Shown: positions 17,355-25,831 of the stretch, piece by piece
How positions within the stretch are numbered: position 1 is the stretch's first letter
Layout: every line of letters begins with the position of its first letter
IMG/VR virus record: IMGVR_UViG_3300045988_061949
Direction: 5' to 3' (one strand)
Source of the DNA: a virus
Length of the DNA stretch: 54,627 nucleotides
Notes under the pieces: model-generated
Told to the model about the DNA's origin: nothing
The model's input: the letters and a program-made list of their open reading frames with translations, nothing else
Databases searched by the model: none
Position numbers and translations under genes: made by a program

Positions 17355-17709
17355 GATTCTTGAAAGTGTAAACAAGCGTGACTTTGATAGGAGAATATCG
17401 GAAGTTGTTAAAATGCTTGAGGAAAAACAACTCTACGGAACTATCAGTTTAATAAAAGATTTGAAATATTATCTTGACTTAGCTACAAAAGAAAAGGCGC
17501 ACACTTGCAACTGCAAGCATAACAGCAATTCAAGAGATAGTGAGCTTTGTTGCAGATGCGATAGCAAACACACCAATTCCGACAGGATAAGGAATATGTC
17601 GGATGAAGAGTTAGCAGAATTTCTAACAACTGTAACAAGTGATACTATATGTGGAAGCTCATGGGATTATGATGGGTGGATTAAAGAGCTTCAATCAGAA
17701 GCGGAATAG
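17347..17709 (+). CDS. Hypothetical protein
   Basis: GGTGGAGAAA RBS before the ATG at 17347. Confidence 0.6.
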   Translation: MSKILESVNKRDFDRRISEVVKMLEEKQLYGTISLIKDLKYYLDLATKEKAHTCNCKHNSNSRDSELCCRCDSKHTNSDRIRNMSDEELAEFLTTVTSDTICGSSWDYDGWIKELQSEAE

Positions 17710-17717
17710 GAGAGAAT

Positions 17718-18203
17718 ATGAACAGATATTTGTATAAGGCAAAGAGGACTGATAACGGAGAATGGGTGCAAGGCTCTTTAGTGTACGATAACAAAGATAA
17801 GATGTATAGGATAATTACTGAAATTGACTATTCTACAGGAACTTGCTTAACAACAAATAATGCTCCAAGAGTTAATGCATCTACAATATGTCAATGCACA
17901 GGCTTAAAAGATAAGAACAGCAAATTGATTTGGGAGAATGACATTGTTAGAGATGCACAAGGTAATTTTTATGCAGTCTTTTATTACAATAACTATTATC
18001 GCTTCTCTTGGATTTGTGTTAAATCAGATGTATTTTTAGTTGGTACAATGTGGAATTTGTGGAGCTTTCACAGTTTTGAAGTAGAAGTTATTGGCAACAT
18101 CTTTGACAATCCGGAATTATTAGGAATAAACACTCCAAACGATTTGGACAGACATTGGTTAGAAAAATATACAGAAAAGAATGACAGAGAGAAAAGAGAT
18201 TAA
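17718..18203 (+). CDS. YopX-family protein
   Basis: The C-terminal VIGNIFDNPELL signature is typical of YopX. Confidence 0.7.
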   Translation: MNRYLYKAKRTDNGEWVQGSLVYDNKDKMYRIITEIDYSTGTCLTTNNAPRVNASTICQCTGLKDKNSKLIWENDIVRDAQGNFYAVFYYNNYYRFSWICVKSDVFLVGTMWNLWSFHSFEVEVIGNIFDNPELLGINTPNDLDRHWLEKYTEKNDREKRD

Positions 18204-18226
18204 AGTTAAAGGAGGAAAAAATAATT

Positions 18227-18331
18227 ATGTATGTGGACCCATTTGCTTTAGGCGTAATTGTAGGTGCATTTAGTATGTTAGTATTAATTGTTATACTAGC
18301 ATTAATTACAACCGGAAAGAAAGGAAAATAA
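18227..18331 (+). CDS. Small membrane peptide (34 aa)
   Basis: GGAGG RBS and one hydrophobic helix, GVIVGAFSMLVLIVILALI. Confidence 0.45.
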   Translation: MYVDPFALGVIVGAFSMLVLIVILALITTGKKGK

Positions 18332-18332
18332 T

Positions 18333-18464
18333 ATGAGTGAAGCGGAATATATGGAAGATGGAGAGGATTATTTAGAAGAAGGATGTCAAAGACAGACTTG
18401 TGATGGCTGTATGGCTTACAATTATTGTCTGATAAAAGAACAGGAGGACAAGCGATGGGACTGA
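18333..18464 (+). CDS. Small acidic/Cys hypothetical protein (43 aa)
   Basis: Hand-translated to MSEAEYMEDGEDYLEEGCQRQTCDGC... Confidence 0.4.
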   Translation: MSEAEYMEDGEDYLEEGCQRQTCDGCMAYNYCLIKEQEDKRWD

Positions 18465-18703
18465 TTGATGCGGATGTTCTGATGACTGATGTTAGAAACA
18501 CAATAACAGAGAAATCAAGAGCGTTTGATTGGATAAACCTGATTAATCGCCAACCGACAGCCTATGATGTAGATAAGGTTGTGGAGCGGTTAGAGGAAGA
18601 AAAGAATCCGAACTACAGAGAGGATGGAAGTTTGATGGGAGAAAGGTCAGTGATTGAAATTGACAAGGCAATAGAAATAGTAAAGACAGGAGGCAATATA
18701 TGA
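18455..18703 (+). CDS. Hypothetical protein
   Basis: AGGAGGA RBS 6 nt before the ATG at 18455. Confidence 0.6.
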   Translation: MGLIDADVLMTDVRNTITEKSRAFDWINLINRQPTAYDVDKVVERLEEEKNPNYREDGSLMGERSVIEIDKAIEIVKTGGNI

Positions 18704-19716
18704 GTAACCTTGATTTAATTATAAAAGATTTGAATAAGAAAATGAAAGTAGGAAATATTCAGTTAGGAGTAGATTTCCAGGAAGTTCAGAAGATTCCTTT
18801 TTCATCTTGTAGATTAAATTATATGACATATGGTGGTATTCCAGTTGGAAGAATAGCAGAGTTTTATGGCGCAGATGGAAGTGGAAAGACCACTACTGCT
18901 ATTGATGTAGCTGGAAATGCTCAAAGAATGTTTCCAGATAAGAAAGTGTTATTTGTAGACATTGAACATACCTTTGATTCTTGCTGGGCAGCAAAGCTAG
19001 GATTGAATTGTGACGATATTATATATCTTGACCCTGATAGTATGGGAGCAGAAGATGTTTTTAATATTGTTAAAGAACTTATAGAAAGTGGTGAAATAAG
19101 TATATGCATAATGGATAGTATAGGTGCTATGGTTTCTATGCAGGCTAATGAAAAACAGATAGGTGAAAGAACATATGGTGGCATAAGTATGCCTTTAACA
19201 GAGTTTGCAAATAAAATAGCTCCAGTTTTATCGAGAACTGATTGTGTGCTTATAGGAATTAATCAAGCTAGAGATGATATGAATAGTCCTTATGGAGGTT
19301 CAACAACACCCGGAGGAAGAGCTTGGAGGCATGCTTGTAGTACTCGTCTTGAATTTAGAAAAGGAAATTATATTGATGAAAAAGGTAATAATCTTTCAAG
19401 AGCTTGTGAGAATCCAGCAGGAAATATAGTGAATGTAGCATTAGTGAAATCTAAAGTATGCAGACCTGATAGAAAAGTAGGATTTTACACTTTGAAATAT
19501 CTTGAAGGAATTGACTATGTATCAGATGCAGTTGATGTAGCTATCAAGATGGGATTAGTTGTACAAGGTGGTGCATGGTTCTCTTTAGTTGATATTGAAA
19601 CAGGTGAAATATTAAGCAAGTATCAAGGTAAATCAAAGCTAGTTGAGTATCTAAAAGAAAATGATAATTACACAGATTTCTATTCAAAATTGGAGAAATT
19701 ATTAAATGAAGAGTAA
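18700..19716 (+). CDS. RecA-family recombinase
   Basis: Walker A GADGSGKTTTA, Walker B ICIMDSIGA, 338 aa. Confidence 0.75.
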   Translation: MSNLDLIIKDLNKKMKVGNIQLGVDFQEVQKIPFSSCRLNYMTYGGIPVGRIAEFYGADGSGKTTTAIDVAGNAQRMFPDKKVLFVDIEHTFDSCWAAKLGLNCDDIIYLDPDSMGAEDVFNIVKELIESGEISICIMDSIGAMVSMQANEKQIGERTYGGISMPLTEFANKIAPVLSRTDCVLIGINQARDDMNSPYGGSTTPGGRAWRHACSTRLEFRKGNYIDEKGNNLSRACENPAGNIVNVALVKSKVCRPDRKVGFYTLKYLEGIDYVSDAVDVAIKMGLVVQGGAWFSLVDIETGEILSKYQGKSKLVEYLKENDNYTDFYSKLEKLLNEE

Positions 19717-20212
19717 TGCATATTTAAACGGACAAGATATATTGAATTGGTATAAGACACCATTTGAAATGGAGTTTACGGATAAAGGGTTCCCCATATT
19801 GGAACCCTTAAAGTCGTTATCTATACCAAGGCGAGGATTGAGAACACTGCCTTTCAATTATGCTTTATCTAATACGGATAAGGATTATTTTATGCATTTC
19901 TATATACAAGATTATCTATTCAATAGAATATGGAATAATCCTCAACGGTATATTGATGTACTGAAAGATTATAAAGGAATTGTGATGCCAGATTTTAGTC
20001 TTTATACAGATATGCCTGAACCCTTGCAAAGATTTAATCATTATCGGAATTTGTGGTTTGCTAGAATGTGTCAAATTCAAGGAATTACAGTTATTCCTTC
20101 TCCTAATTGGTCAACAAAGGATAGTTTAGAATGGTGTCTTGATGGAATACCGAAAGATAGTGTTATTATGTTATCCGCAGTGGAAACACATATAAATCTG
20201 AGTTTGGTTTGA
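19706..20212 (+). CDS. DUF4417-like protein, possibly truncated
   Basis: HFYIQDYLFNRIW ... MPDFSLYTDMP ... YRNLWFARMCQ pattern, recalled from memory of that family. Confidence 0.5.
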   Translation: MKSNAYLNGQDILNWYKTPFEMEFTDKGFPILEPLKSLSIPRRGLRTLPFNYALSNTDKDYFMHFYIQDYLFNRIWNNPQRYIDVLKDYKGIVMPDFSLYTDMPEPLQRFNHYRNLWFARMCQIQGITVIPSPNWSTKDSLEWCLDGIPKDSVIMLSAVETHINLSLV

Positions 20213-20466
20213 AAAATGTTGGAAGATTGCGGGAGTTTAGAACATTCGCGGGCTCAACTATGGTGGGAACTGTTACACCATCTGTTAATGATGTTCAAGA
20301 TTATTTTAAAACAGGTAAATTTGATAATTATGGAACAAATGCAAGAGCCAAAAAATTAATAGTAGATAAGATAATAAAAGATATGCATAATAGAGGTTAT
20401 GATGTCACATTATCCGAAGATAAAACTAAGCTAAATCTAGTGGAAATGTTTCCAGAAGTGGTATGA
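20209..20466 (+). CDS. Hypothetical protein, in the -1 frame relative to the upstream ORF
   Basis: 85-aa ORF with a TTG start overlapping the upstream stop. No clear RBS. Confidence 0.4.
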   Translation: MKNVGRLREFRTFAGSTMVGTVTPSVNDVQDYFKTGKFDNYGTNARAKKLIVDKIIKDMHNRGYDVTLSEDKTKLNLVEMFPEVV

Positions 20467-20520
20467 AGGGTGCATTGGATAGGACACAAGGAAGAAGATA
20501 GTTATCAACATTTTATAAAA

Positions 20521-20552
20521 GTTATCCACATTAAATTGTGGGTAACTTTTTT
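20521..20552 (+). terminator. Rho-independent terminator whose arms are inverted DnaA-box-like 9-mers
   Basis: GTTATCCACA / TGTGGGTAAC stem, 6-nt loop, then TTTTTT. Confidence 0.7.
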
Positions 20553-20572
20553 ATGTATTTTTATAAAAACTG

Positions 20573-20601
20573 TTGACAAATATAGTTTTATGTATTACAA
20601 T
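20573..20601 (+). promoter_or_regulatory. Conserved promoter, copy 4 (TTGACA-N17-TACAAT)
   Basis: Hexamers at 20573-20578 and 20596-20601. The downstream 5' UTR is near-identical to copies 1 and 5. Confidence 0.8.
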
Positions 20602-20646
20602 ATACTTGTAAATAAGAAATACATAAAAATAACGGAGGTAATAATT

Positions 20647-20826
20647 ATGAGAACATTTGAAAACAAGGCTTTTATGGTAAATGTACAGGGAAATAAGGTT
20701 GTTATTACAAATAAGAAATTTGGAGATGTTTATTGTGCTGAAATAACTAATAGTGGTAAGCTTCTTGCAGGTTCATCATTGGCATTAAAATATGCAATGA
20801 ATTTAAGAACAGAATTTGGATTTTAA
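20647..20826 (+). CDS. Small hypothetical protein (59 aa)
   Basis: GGAGG RBS before the ATG at 20647. The longer track ORF would read through the promoter. Confidence 0.65.
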   Translation: MRTFENKAFMVNVQGNKVVITNKKFGDVYCAEITNSGKLLAGSSLALKYAMNLRTEFGF

Positions 20827-20876
20827 AACTTTACAAAAATGGGAGCTTGAAATTTTCTAAGATGGAGAGAACGCAC

Positions 20877-21158
20877 ATGACAAATACAGCAATTATATTA
20901 GGATATATGCAATTAAATAATTTAGACCCAACTAAAATAATCTTACATACATATGCACAATGGAAGAATTTAGGTTATCAAGTAAAGAAAGGCGAAAAGT
21001 CAAAACATAAGATTACAGTGTGGAAACGTTCAACAAAGAAGATTGAGAACGAGGATGGAGATAAAGAAGAAGTTGATACCGGAAGATATTTTTTAAAAGA
21101 GCCTGCATTCTTTACACAAGAACAAGTAGAGAGGATAACCAATGAAAGAGATATTTAA
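20877..21158 (+). CDS. ArdC N-terminal-like ssDNA-binding domain protein
   Basis: YAQWKNLGYQVKKGEKSKHKITVW resembles the ArdC_N signature. GGAGAG RBS. Confidence 0.45.
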   Translation: MTNTAIILGYMQLNNLDPTKIILHTYAQWKNLGYQVKKGEKSKHKITVWKRSTKKIENEDGDKEEVDTGRYFLKEPAFFTQEQVERITNERDI

Positions 21159-21687
21159 ACAAATACATAGATTTCAGAATATGGATTTTGAAGAGGGTAA
21201 ACCATTTGAGTTTACCCTTGAAGGAAAAAGAAAAGAAATAAATACAGAAGATTATATATGTCCTCCAGTTCAGAAAATGGAAGTAGGAAAGTCGTATAAA
21301 ATCACTGTTAAGAAATATATGACAGAACCTGCAACAGTCAATTTTGATTTTCAGGATAAATGGAATAATGGAAAGCCTATGCCACTTTGCATCATGCAAG
21401 GTGAAGTTATAAAAGAAACTAGAGGAATGTATTACATGAGTTTGCAAGGCAAAGCAGAACCTACATCAAAATGCCTTGTATGTGGAAAAACACTTACAAA
21501 TCCGATTTCTAAACTTTATGGAATAGGTCCAGAATGTTCTGAAAAGGTTGGTATTATAAGAGTAGAAAGTGAAGAAGAAACTAGAGAAAAGTGGAATCAG
21601 CTTGTCCAGCAGATTGGGGATATCAAATGGACGGGTTGGGTGATTAAATCTGCAATAAAAGAATGGGAGATGATAGATAATGAATGA
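21142..21687 (+). CDS. Hypothetical protein with a CxxC...GIGPEC motif
   Basis: CLVCGKTLTNPISKLYGIGPECSEK near the C-terminus. Confidence 0.65.
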   Translation: MKEIFKQIHRFQNMDFEEGKPFEFTLEGKRKEINTEDYICPPVQKMEVGKSYKITVKKYMTEPATVNFDFQDKWNNGKPMPLCIMQGEVIKETRGMYYMSLQGKAEPTSKCLVCGKTLTNPISKLYGIGPECSEKVGIIRVESEEETREKWNQLVQQIGDIKWTGWVIKSAIKEWEMIDNE

Positions 21688-21850
21688 TTTAGTTAGTAAA
21701 TATGATGTGTTGCACTTATTATATACTATTTTTGAAAAGTACAGTATGGCAACAGATAAAACGGATATTTTAGGAGGTTTTGGAAAGGAAGTGTTTGATA
21801 CTATAAAAGCTATGCCTACTATTAATAATATGAATAAGGAGAAACTATAA
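21680..21850 (+). CDS. Small hypothetical protein (56 aa)
   Basis: Hand-translated. The ATG overlaps the upstream stop region. Confidence 0.4.
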   Translation: MNDLVSKYDVLHLLYTIFEKYSMATDKTDILGGFGKEVFDTIKAMPTINNMNKEKL

Positions 21851-21942
21851 AATGATTCAATTATTTATTTGGTCTATATTAATGATTACTACAGGTGTAT
21901 TTATTGGCATTACTATAAATAAATGAAAGGAGAAAATATAAA

Positions 21943-22134
21943 ATGGAAAGTATTACAAGTAATAGTACAAGAAGAGTAACAAAAAAAGAATTGATTGAAG
22001 CTATTAACCAATCATTTCCCGATGATGATGTTATGAAGGACAATTATGTAATTGCAGTGGTTACCGAGGTAGCATGTCATTATAATGACCCTACACTGCA
22101 ATCAATACAATTTGGAAAGAAGCTTAACTTTTAG
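21943..22134 (+). CDS. Hypothetical protein
   Basis: AGGAGAAAA RBS, 63 aa. Confidence 0.55.
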   Translation: MESITSNSTRRVTKKELIEAINQSFPDDDVMKDNYVIAVVTEVACHYNDPTLQSIQFGKKLNF

Positions 22135-22147
22135 GAGGAAATATAAA

Positions 22148-22357
22148 ATGACAAGAGAAGAATGTGAAATGCTTATTTTACAGCATGTAAAAAAGATAAG
22201 AGATATTGCTAAGCAATATGATACAAGCAAAAAGTTTTATTTGACTATGTGTTGTATAAATAACTCAATTCATATTAATAATGAGTTCTGGGATTCCGAT
22301 ACTCCGATAACTATAGGACAACTTGAGAATGGAGGGATAATACGAGATGACAACTAG
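22148..22357 (+). CDS. Hypothetical protein
   Basis: TAGGAGG RBS before the internal ATG at 22148. Confidence 0.6.
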   Translation: MTREECEMLILQHVKKIRDIAKQYDTSKKFYLTMCCINNSIHINNEFWDSDTPITIGQLENGGIIRDDN

Positions 22358-22676
22358 AGATTATTCAAATAAACAAGAACAGCATATAGCAAAAGTAACT
22401 GGCGGAAAAGTACAGAGCAATTCCGGTGGAACAAAGTTCGGAGGAGGTGATGTTCACACAGCTAAGTTCTTCATAGAAGCAAAGACACCTACAAAAGAGC
22501 AAACTTCCTTTTCTATTAAAAAAGAGTGGATAACTAAACTACAGGAGCAAACATTTGAACAAGGAAAGGACGAAGGTGTATTAGCTTTTATATTTTCACC
22601 TAATGAGAGGGAAAACTTTTATGTGCTAAATGAAAGACAATTTTTAGACTATTTAAGATATAAGGAGGAATTATAA
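22347..22676 (+). CDS. PD-(D/E)XK-type nuclease (Hjc-like resolvase candidate)
   Basis: E...GGDVHTAKFFIEAKT gives a D...ExK arrangement. 109 aa. Confidence 0.45.
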   Translation: MTTRDYSNKQEQHIAKVTGGKVQSNSGGTKFGGGDVHTAKFFIEAKTPTKEQTSFSIKKEWITKLQEQTFEQGKDEGVLAFIFSPNERENFYVLNERQFLDYLRYKEEL

Positions 22677-22678
22677 TA

Positions 22679-23731
22679 ATGGCAAAGGAAGCATTAGCAG
22701 TAAAATATCGACCAAAAGTATTCGAGGACATGACTGAGCAGTCAGCTATTAAAGACATATTAATGAACCAGTTGGAGACAAAGACTTTTCAGCATGGTTA
22801 TCTTTTTACAGGGCCAGCCGGAACAGGTAAAACTACAAGTGCCAGAATATTCGCTAATATGATAAATGCAGGAAAAGGAAATCCTATTGAAGTGGATGCC
22901 GCAAGTAATAGTGGGGTGGATAATATACGACAGATTATAGAGGACGCAAAGAGAAAACCACTTGATGCAGAATACAAGATATTTATAGTGGATGAGTGTC
23001 ATTCATTATCAAATGGTGCTTGGCAGGCATTATTAAAGACACTTGAAGAACCCCCAAAATTTACTATTTTCATTTTCTGCACAACGGACCCACAGAAAGT
23101 GCCTGCAACAATTCTTTCAAGAGTACAACGATACAATTTTCAGAAGATAAGTAATGAAGGAATTGTAAAAAGATTGGAGCATATTTGTGTACTTGAAAAC
23201 TCCCAAGATTATAATGACCCTGACCTTAGGGATATTGGTGATATAATAAGATATCCCGAAGCATTAGAATATATTGCCAAGGTTTGTAACGGCGGAATGA
23301 GAGATGCTATTACCTTACTAGATAAATGTCTTTCATTATCCCATGATTTAACACTGGAAAATGTCTTAAAAACTATAGGTGCAGAAGATTATAATACATT
23401 TATATTATTCTTAACAGCCTTACAGAATAAAGAAAAAGGAACCGCTATTACTACAATAGAAAATGTATATAATGCTGGTAAAGATGTAAAGCAGTTTATG
23501 AAAGACTTTGCAAAGTTTGTTCTTGAAGTTGAAAAGTATGCACTATATAAGAATTTTGATTATATTAACTTACCTAATACACTTGAGAATGAGTTAGAAC
23601 AGTTTATTGATGATGCACTATTCAATGTCATGGACTTTGTAGTTTCTTTGAATAGTCAGATTAAATGGGATAGTGACCCTAAGACTTTAGTAGAATTATC
23701 TATTTTGATTTATTGTGGAAAGGAGAATTAG
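22679..23731 (+). CDS. dnaX: Clamp-loader ATPase (DNA polymerase III gamma/tau-like)
   Basis: KYRPKVFEDM, GPAGTGKTT, IVDECHSLS, LLKTLEEPP, ILSRVQRYNF. Confidence 0.85.
   Translation: MAKEALAVKYRPKVFEDMTEQSAIKDILMNQLETKTFQHGYLFTGPAGTGKTTSARIFANMINAGKGNPIEVDAASNSGVDNIRQIIEDAKRKPLDAEYKIFIVDECHSLSNGAWQALLKTLEEPPKFTIFIFCTTDPQKVPATILSRVQRYNFQKISNEGIVKRLEHICVLENSQDYNDPDLRDIGDIIRYPEALEYIAKVCNGGMRDAITLLDKCLSLSHDLTLENVLKTIGAEDYNTFILFLTALQNKEKGTAITTIENVYNAGKDVKQFMKDFAKFVLEVEKYALYKNFDYINLPNTLENELEQFIDDALFNVMDFVVSLNSQIKWDSDPKTLVELSILIYCGKEN
23711..23730. repeat. Junction repeat TATTGTGGAAAGGAGARTTA, repeated at 24011-24030
   Basis: The two copies differ at one position. Confidence 0.85.
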
Positions 23732-23733
23732 GT

Positions 23734-23949
23734 ATGTATGATAATAATCTTTACAAGAAATCTGATAACATTCGCAGAATGATAGATGGAGAACTTAATA
23801 GAATTGCTGTCACAGATGATGCGGAGGAAATAATAAGAATGATGGGTTATTTAATGCTCAACATAAATAGATATGCAGAAATTGCAAAATTAAGAATTGG
23901 AAAAGACAACATTAGAAAATTAAGTGCTGATGGAAAGTTAAATTTATGA
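23734..23949 (+). CDS. Hypothetical protein (cassette a)
   Basis: AGGAGA RBS. ORF begins MYDNNLYKK. Confidence 0.6.
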   Translation: MYDNNLYKKSDNIRRMIDGELNRIAVTDDAEEIIRMMGYLMLNINRYAEIAKLRIGKDNIRKLSADGKLNL

Positions 23950-24008
23950 TAGGACAGAAGAATAATCTAAATACGGTCACAAATTGGCGAAAGAATAATC
24001 AATATTAG
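23946..24008 (+). pseudogene. Diverged duplicate of the 5' end of the holB-like gene (MIGQKNNLNTVTNWRKNNQY-stop)
   Basis: The first 21 nt match 24232-24252 except at one base. The remainder is alignable but diverged and ends in TAG. Confidence 0.6.
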
Positions 24009-24032
24009 TGTATTGTGGAAAGGAGAGTTAAT

Positions 24033-24251
24033 ATGATAAAAGCAGGAACGAAGTGCAGAGTATTAGCTGATAGTGAAAATAATTTTAAACCCGGAGATAT
24101 TGTCGTAGCTTTAGAGGAGGATAATGTGTCATATTGTTGTTTACTTGAAGATTATGACCCTAACAAAAGTATAGGTAACTATAATTTCAATTTATATCAT
24201 GCTTTATCTGAGTTTGAATTGGAGGCGCTGGATGATAGGACAGAAAAATAA
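24033..24251 (+). CDS. Hypothetical protein (cassette b)
   Basis: AGGAGAG RBS inside the junction repeat. ORF begins MIKAGTKCRV. Confidence 0.6.
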   Translation: MIKAGTKCRVLADSENNFKPGDIVVALEEDNVSYCCLLEDYDPNKSIGNYNFNLYHALSEFELEALDDRTEK

Positions 24252-25023
24252 TATTAGTACTATTATTAAATGGCGATGTAATAAATCTATTCCCAGGTTC
24301 ATAATAATATCAGGAGCACAAGGAAGCGGAAGATTAATCTTTGCAAAAATCATTATAAAAATGATAAGTGCAAAAGGAATAATCATGAGAAACAGTATTG
24401 CAGAAGTACGAGAAACAATAGAAAATGCTTATACTATTACAGAGCCAACTTGTTATATTTTTAGAGATGCGGACGATATGAAAAATGAAGCAAAAAACGC
24501 ACTTCTTAAAGTTGTGGAGGAGCCACCTAATAATGCTTATTTTATAATGACAGTTCATAACATTGATAATATGTTAGGTACTATTAGAAGCAGGGGAACA
24601 GTTATTAAAATGGAACCATATACACCACAGGAATTAAAGTCAGTATGTGATGATGAATTAAAGCTTGAGTACTGCACTAATATAGGTGAATTACAAGTTG
24701 CACACGAAGAAGTGCAGAGAACGGAAGATTGTGTGGATGATGTATTAAAGGCTCTAAGAGAAAAGAGTGGTACTAAACTATTAAAAGCTTGTACACAGTT
24801 AAAAGCTAAACAGACAGAGATAGATAAGATTGATTGCTTATTATTTATGAGAGTATTTCAAAAAAGATTTTACAAAATTTACGATTTTTGTAATATTCCT
24901 ATTACAAGTTTGAATTACATAACAGAATGTAAGAATCAGTTAAATCGTAATGCCATTAATAAAAAATCCAGCATAGAAACTATGCTTATTAAGATATTGG
25001 AGGAAATTAAAAATGAGACTTAA
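24232..25023 (+). CDS. holB: Clamp-loader delta-prime-like AAA+ subunit
   Basis: ISGAQGSGR, LLKVVEEPPNNAYFIM, TIRSRG. The ATG overlaps the upstream stop (ATGA). Confidence 0.7.
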   Translation: MIGQKNNISTIIKWRCNKSIPRFIIISGAQGSGRLIFAKIIIKMISAKGIIMRNSIAEVRETIENAYTITEPTCYIFRDADDMKNEAKNALLKVVEEPPNNAYFIMTVHNIDNMLGTIRSRGTVIKMEPYTPQELKSVCDDELKLEYCTNIGELQVAHEEVQRTEDCVDDVLKALREKSGTKLLKACTQLKAKQTEIDKIDCLLFMRVFQKRFYKIYDFCNIPITSLNYITECKNQLNRNAINKKSSIETMLIKILEEIKNET

Positions 25024-25279
25024 AGATGTTACAAGAAGATTTGATAATAGCAAATTCTACAAAGGCAAGTACAAAAAGTTTGAATGTATGATAAATTACT
25101 CATCAAATTTAGATTGTTGGTACTACTGCATAGATTCTAATGATGAAAGGGATATACGCTACAACAGTTTATGGGATGAAGTAAACTTTAAAACTCAAGA
25201 AGATTGTATAAAAGGTTGTCAGGCTTATATTGATGAGGTGATTATTAAAAATGCAAAAATTTCCAAGAAGATGGGATAA
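25013..25279 (+). CDS. Hypothetical protein
   Basis: 88-aa ORF with overlapping start. Confidence 0.55.
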   Translation: MRLKDVTRRFDNSKFYKGKYKKFECMINYSSNLDCWYYCIDSNDERDIRYNSLWDEVNFKTQEDCIKGCQAYIDEVIIKNAKISKKMG

Positions 25280-25619
25280 ACTCACTTGTATCAATTTTTT
25301 ACAAAGAAAAATAATAATACTATCTATAGCTTATTACGAATTAAGCCAAAATCTAATAGATGACTCATTATTTGATAAGTACTGTAAACAGCTTGTGAGT
25401 ATGCATAAGGAGCATGGAGATATATCAGACACAGAATATGGATATGCTTTTGGGAATGATTTTGATGGAAGTACCGGATTTTATTTATATTATAATCTCA
25501 ATGAGCATGATAAAGAATATTTATATCATATTACTTATCATATTATTCATAATAATTCATTTCCTGAAGCTATTTCTGTAACCCAGCAAACATCTAAAAA
25601 GAAAGGAAAGCTATTCTAA
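25251..25619 (+). CDS. Hypothetical protein ending in KKKGKLF
   Basis: 122-aa ORF. The start is uncertain. Its C-terminal tail resembles those of DpdA and the methyltransferase. Confidence 0.55.
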   Translation: MQKFPRRWDKLTCINFLQRKIIILSIAYYELSQNLIDDSLFDKYCKQLVSMHKEHGDISDTEYGYAFGNDFDGSTGFYLYYNLNEHDKEYLYHITYHIIHNNSFPEAISVTQQTSKKKGKLF

Positions 25620-25831
25620 TGGAATTGTACACTATCAAAGACCTGACAGAAGAAAGAATGTATTTTAATGCCAGAGGCGGAGCTTATCAGAATAAATCAA
25701 TGGCAATAAAGAAAATGAACTGTCTAAGAGCTAAATATCCCACTCATATTATATATCTTGTAACCTTTGTACCTATCACTTTAGCACCACCATGCCCGAG
25801 CTATGGAGTAACAGGAGGAAATAAAACATGA
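25619..25831 (+). CDS. Hypothetical protein
   Basis: 70-aa ORF with coupled start. Confidence 0.5.
   Translation: MELYTIKDLTEERMYFNARGGAYQNKSMAIKKMNCLRAKYPTHIIYLVTFVPITLAPPCPSYGVTGGNKT

Noticed and set aside
20470-20646. 5' extensions of track ORFs 20470-20826, 26820-27053 and 28324-28674
   Set aside because: The extensions read through a terminator and/or the conserved promoter. Internal ATGs at 20647, 26877 and 28453 have strong GGAGG sites at the correct spacing.
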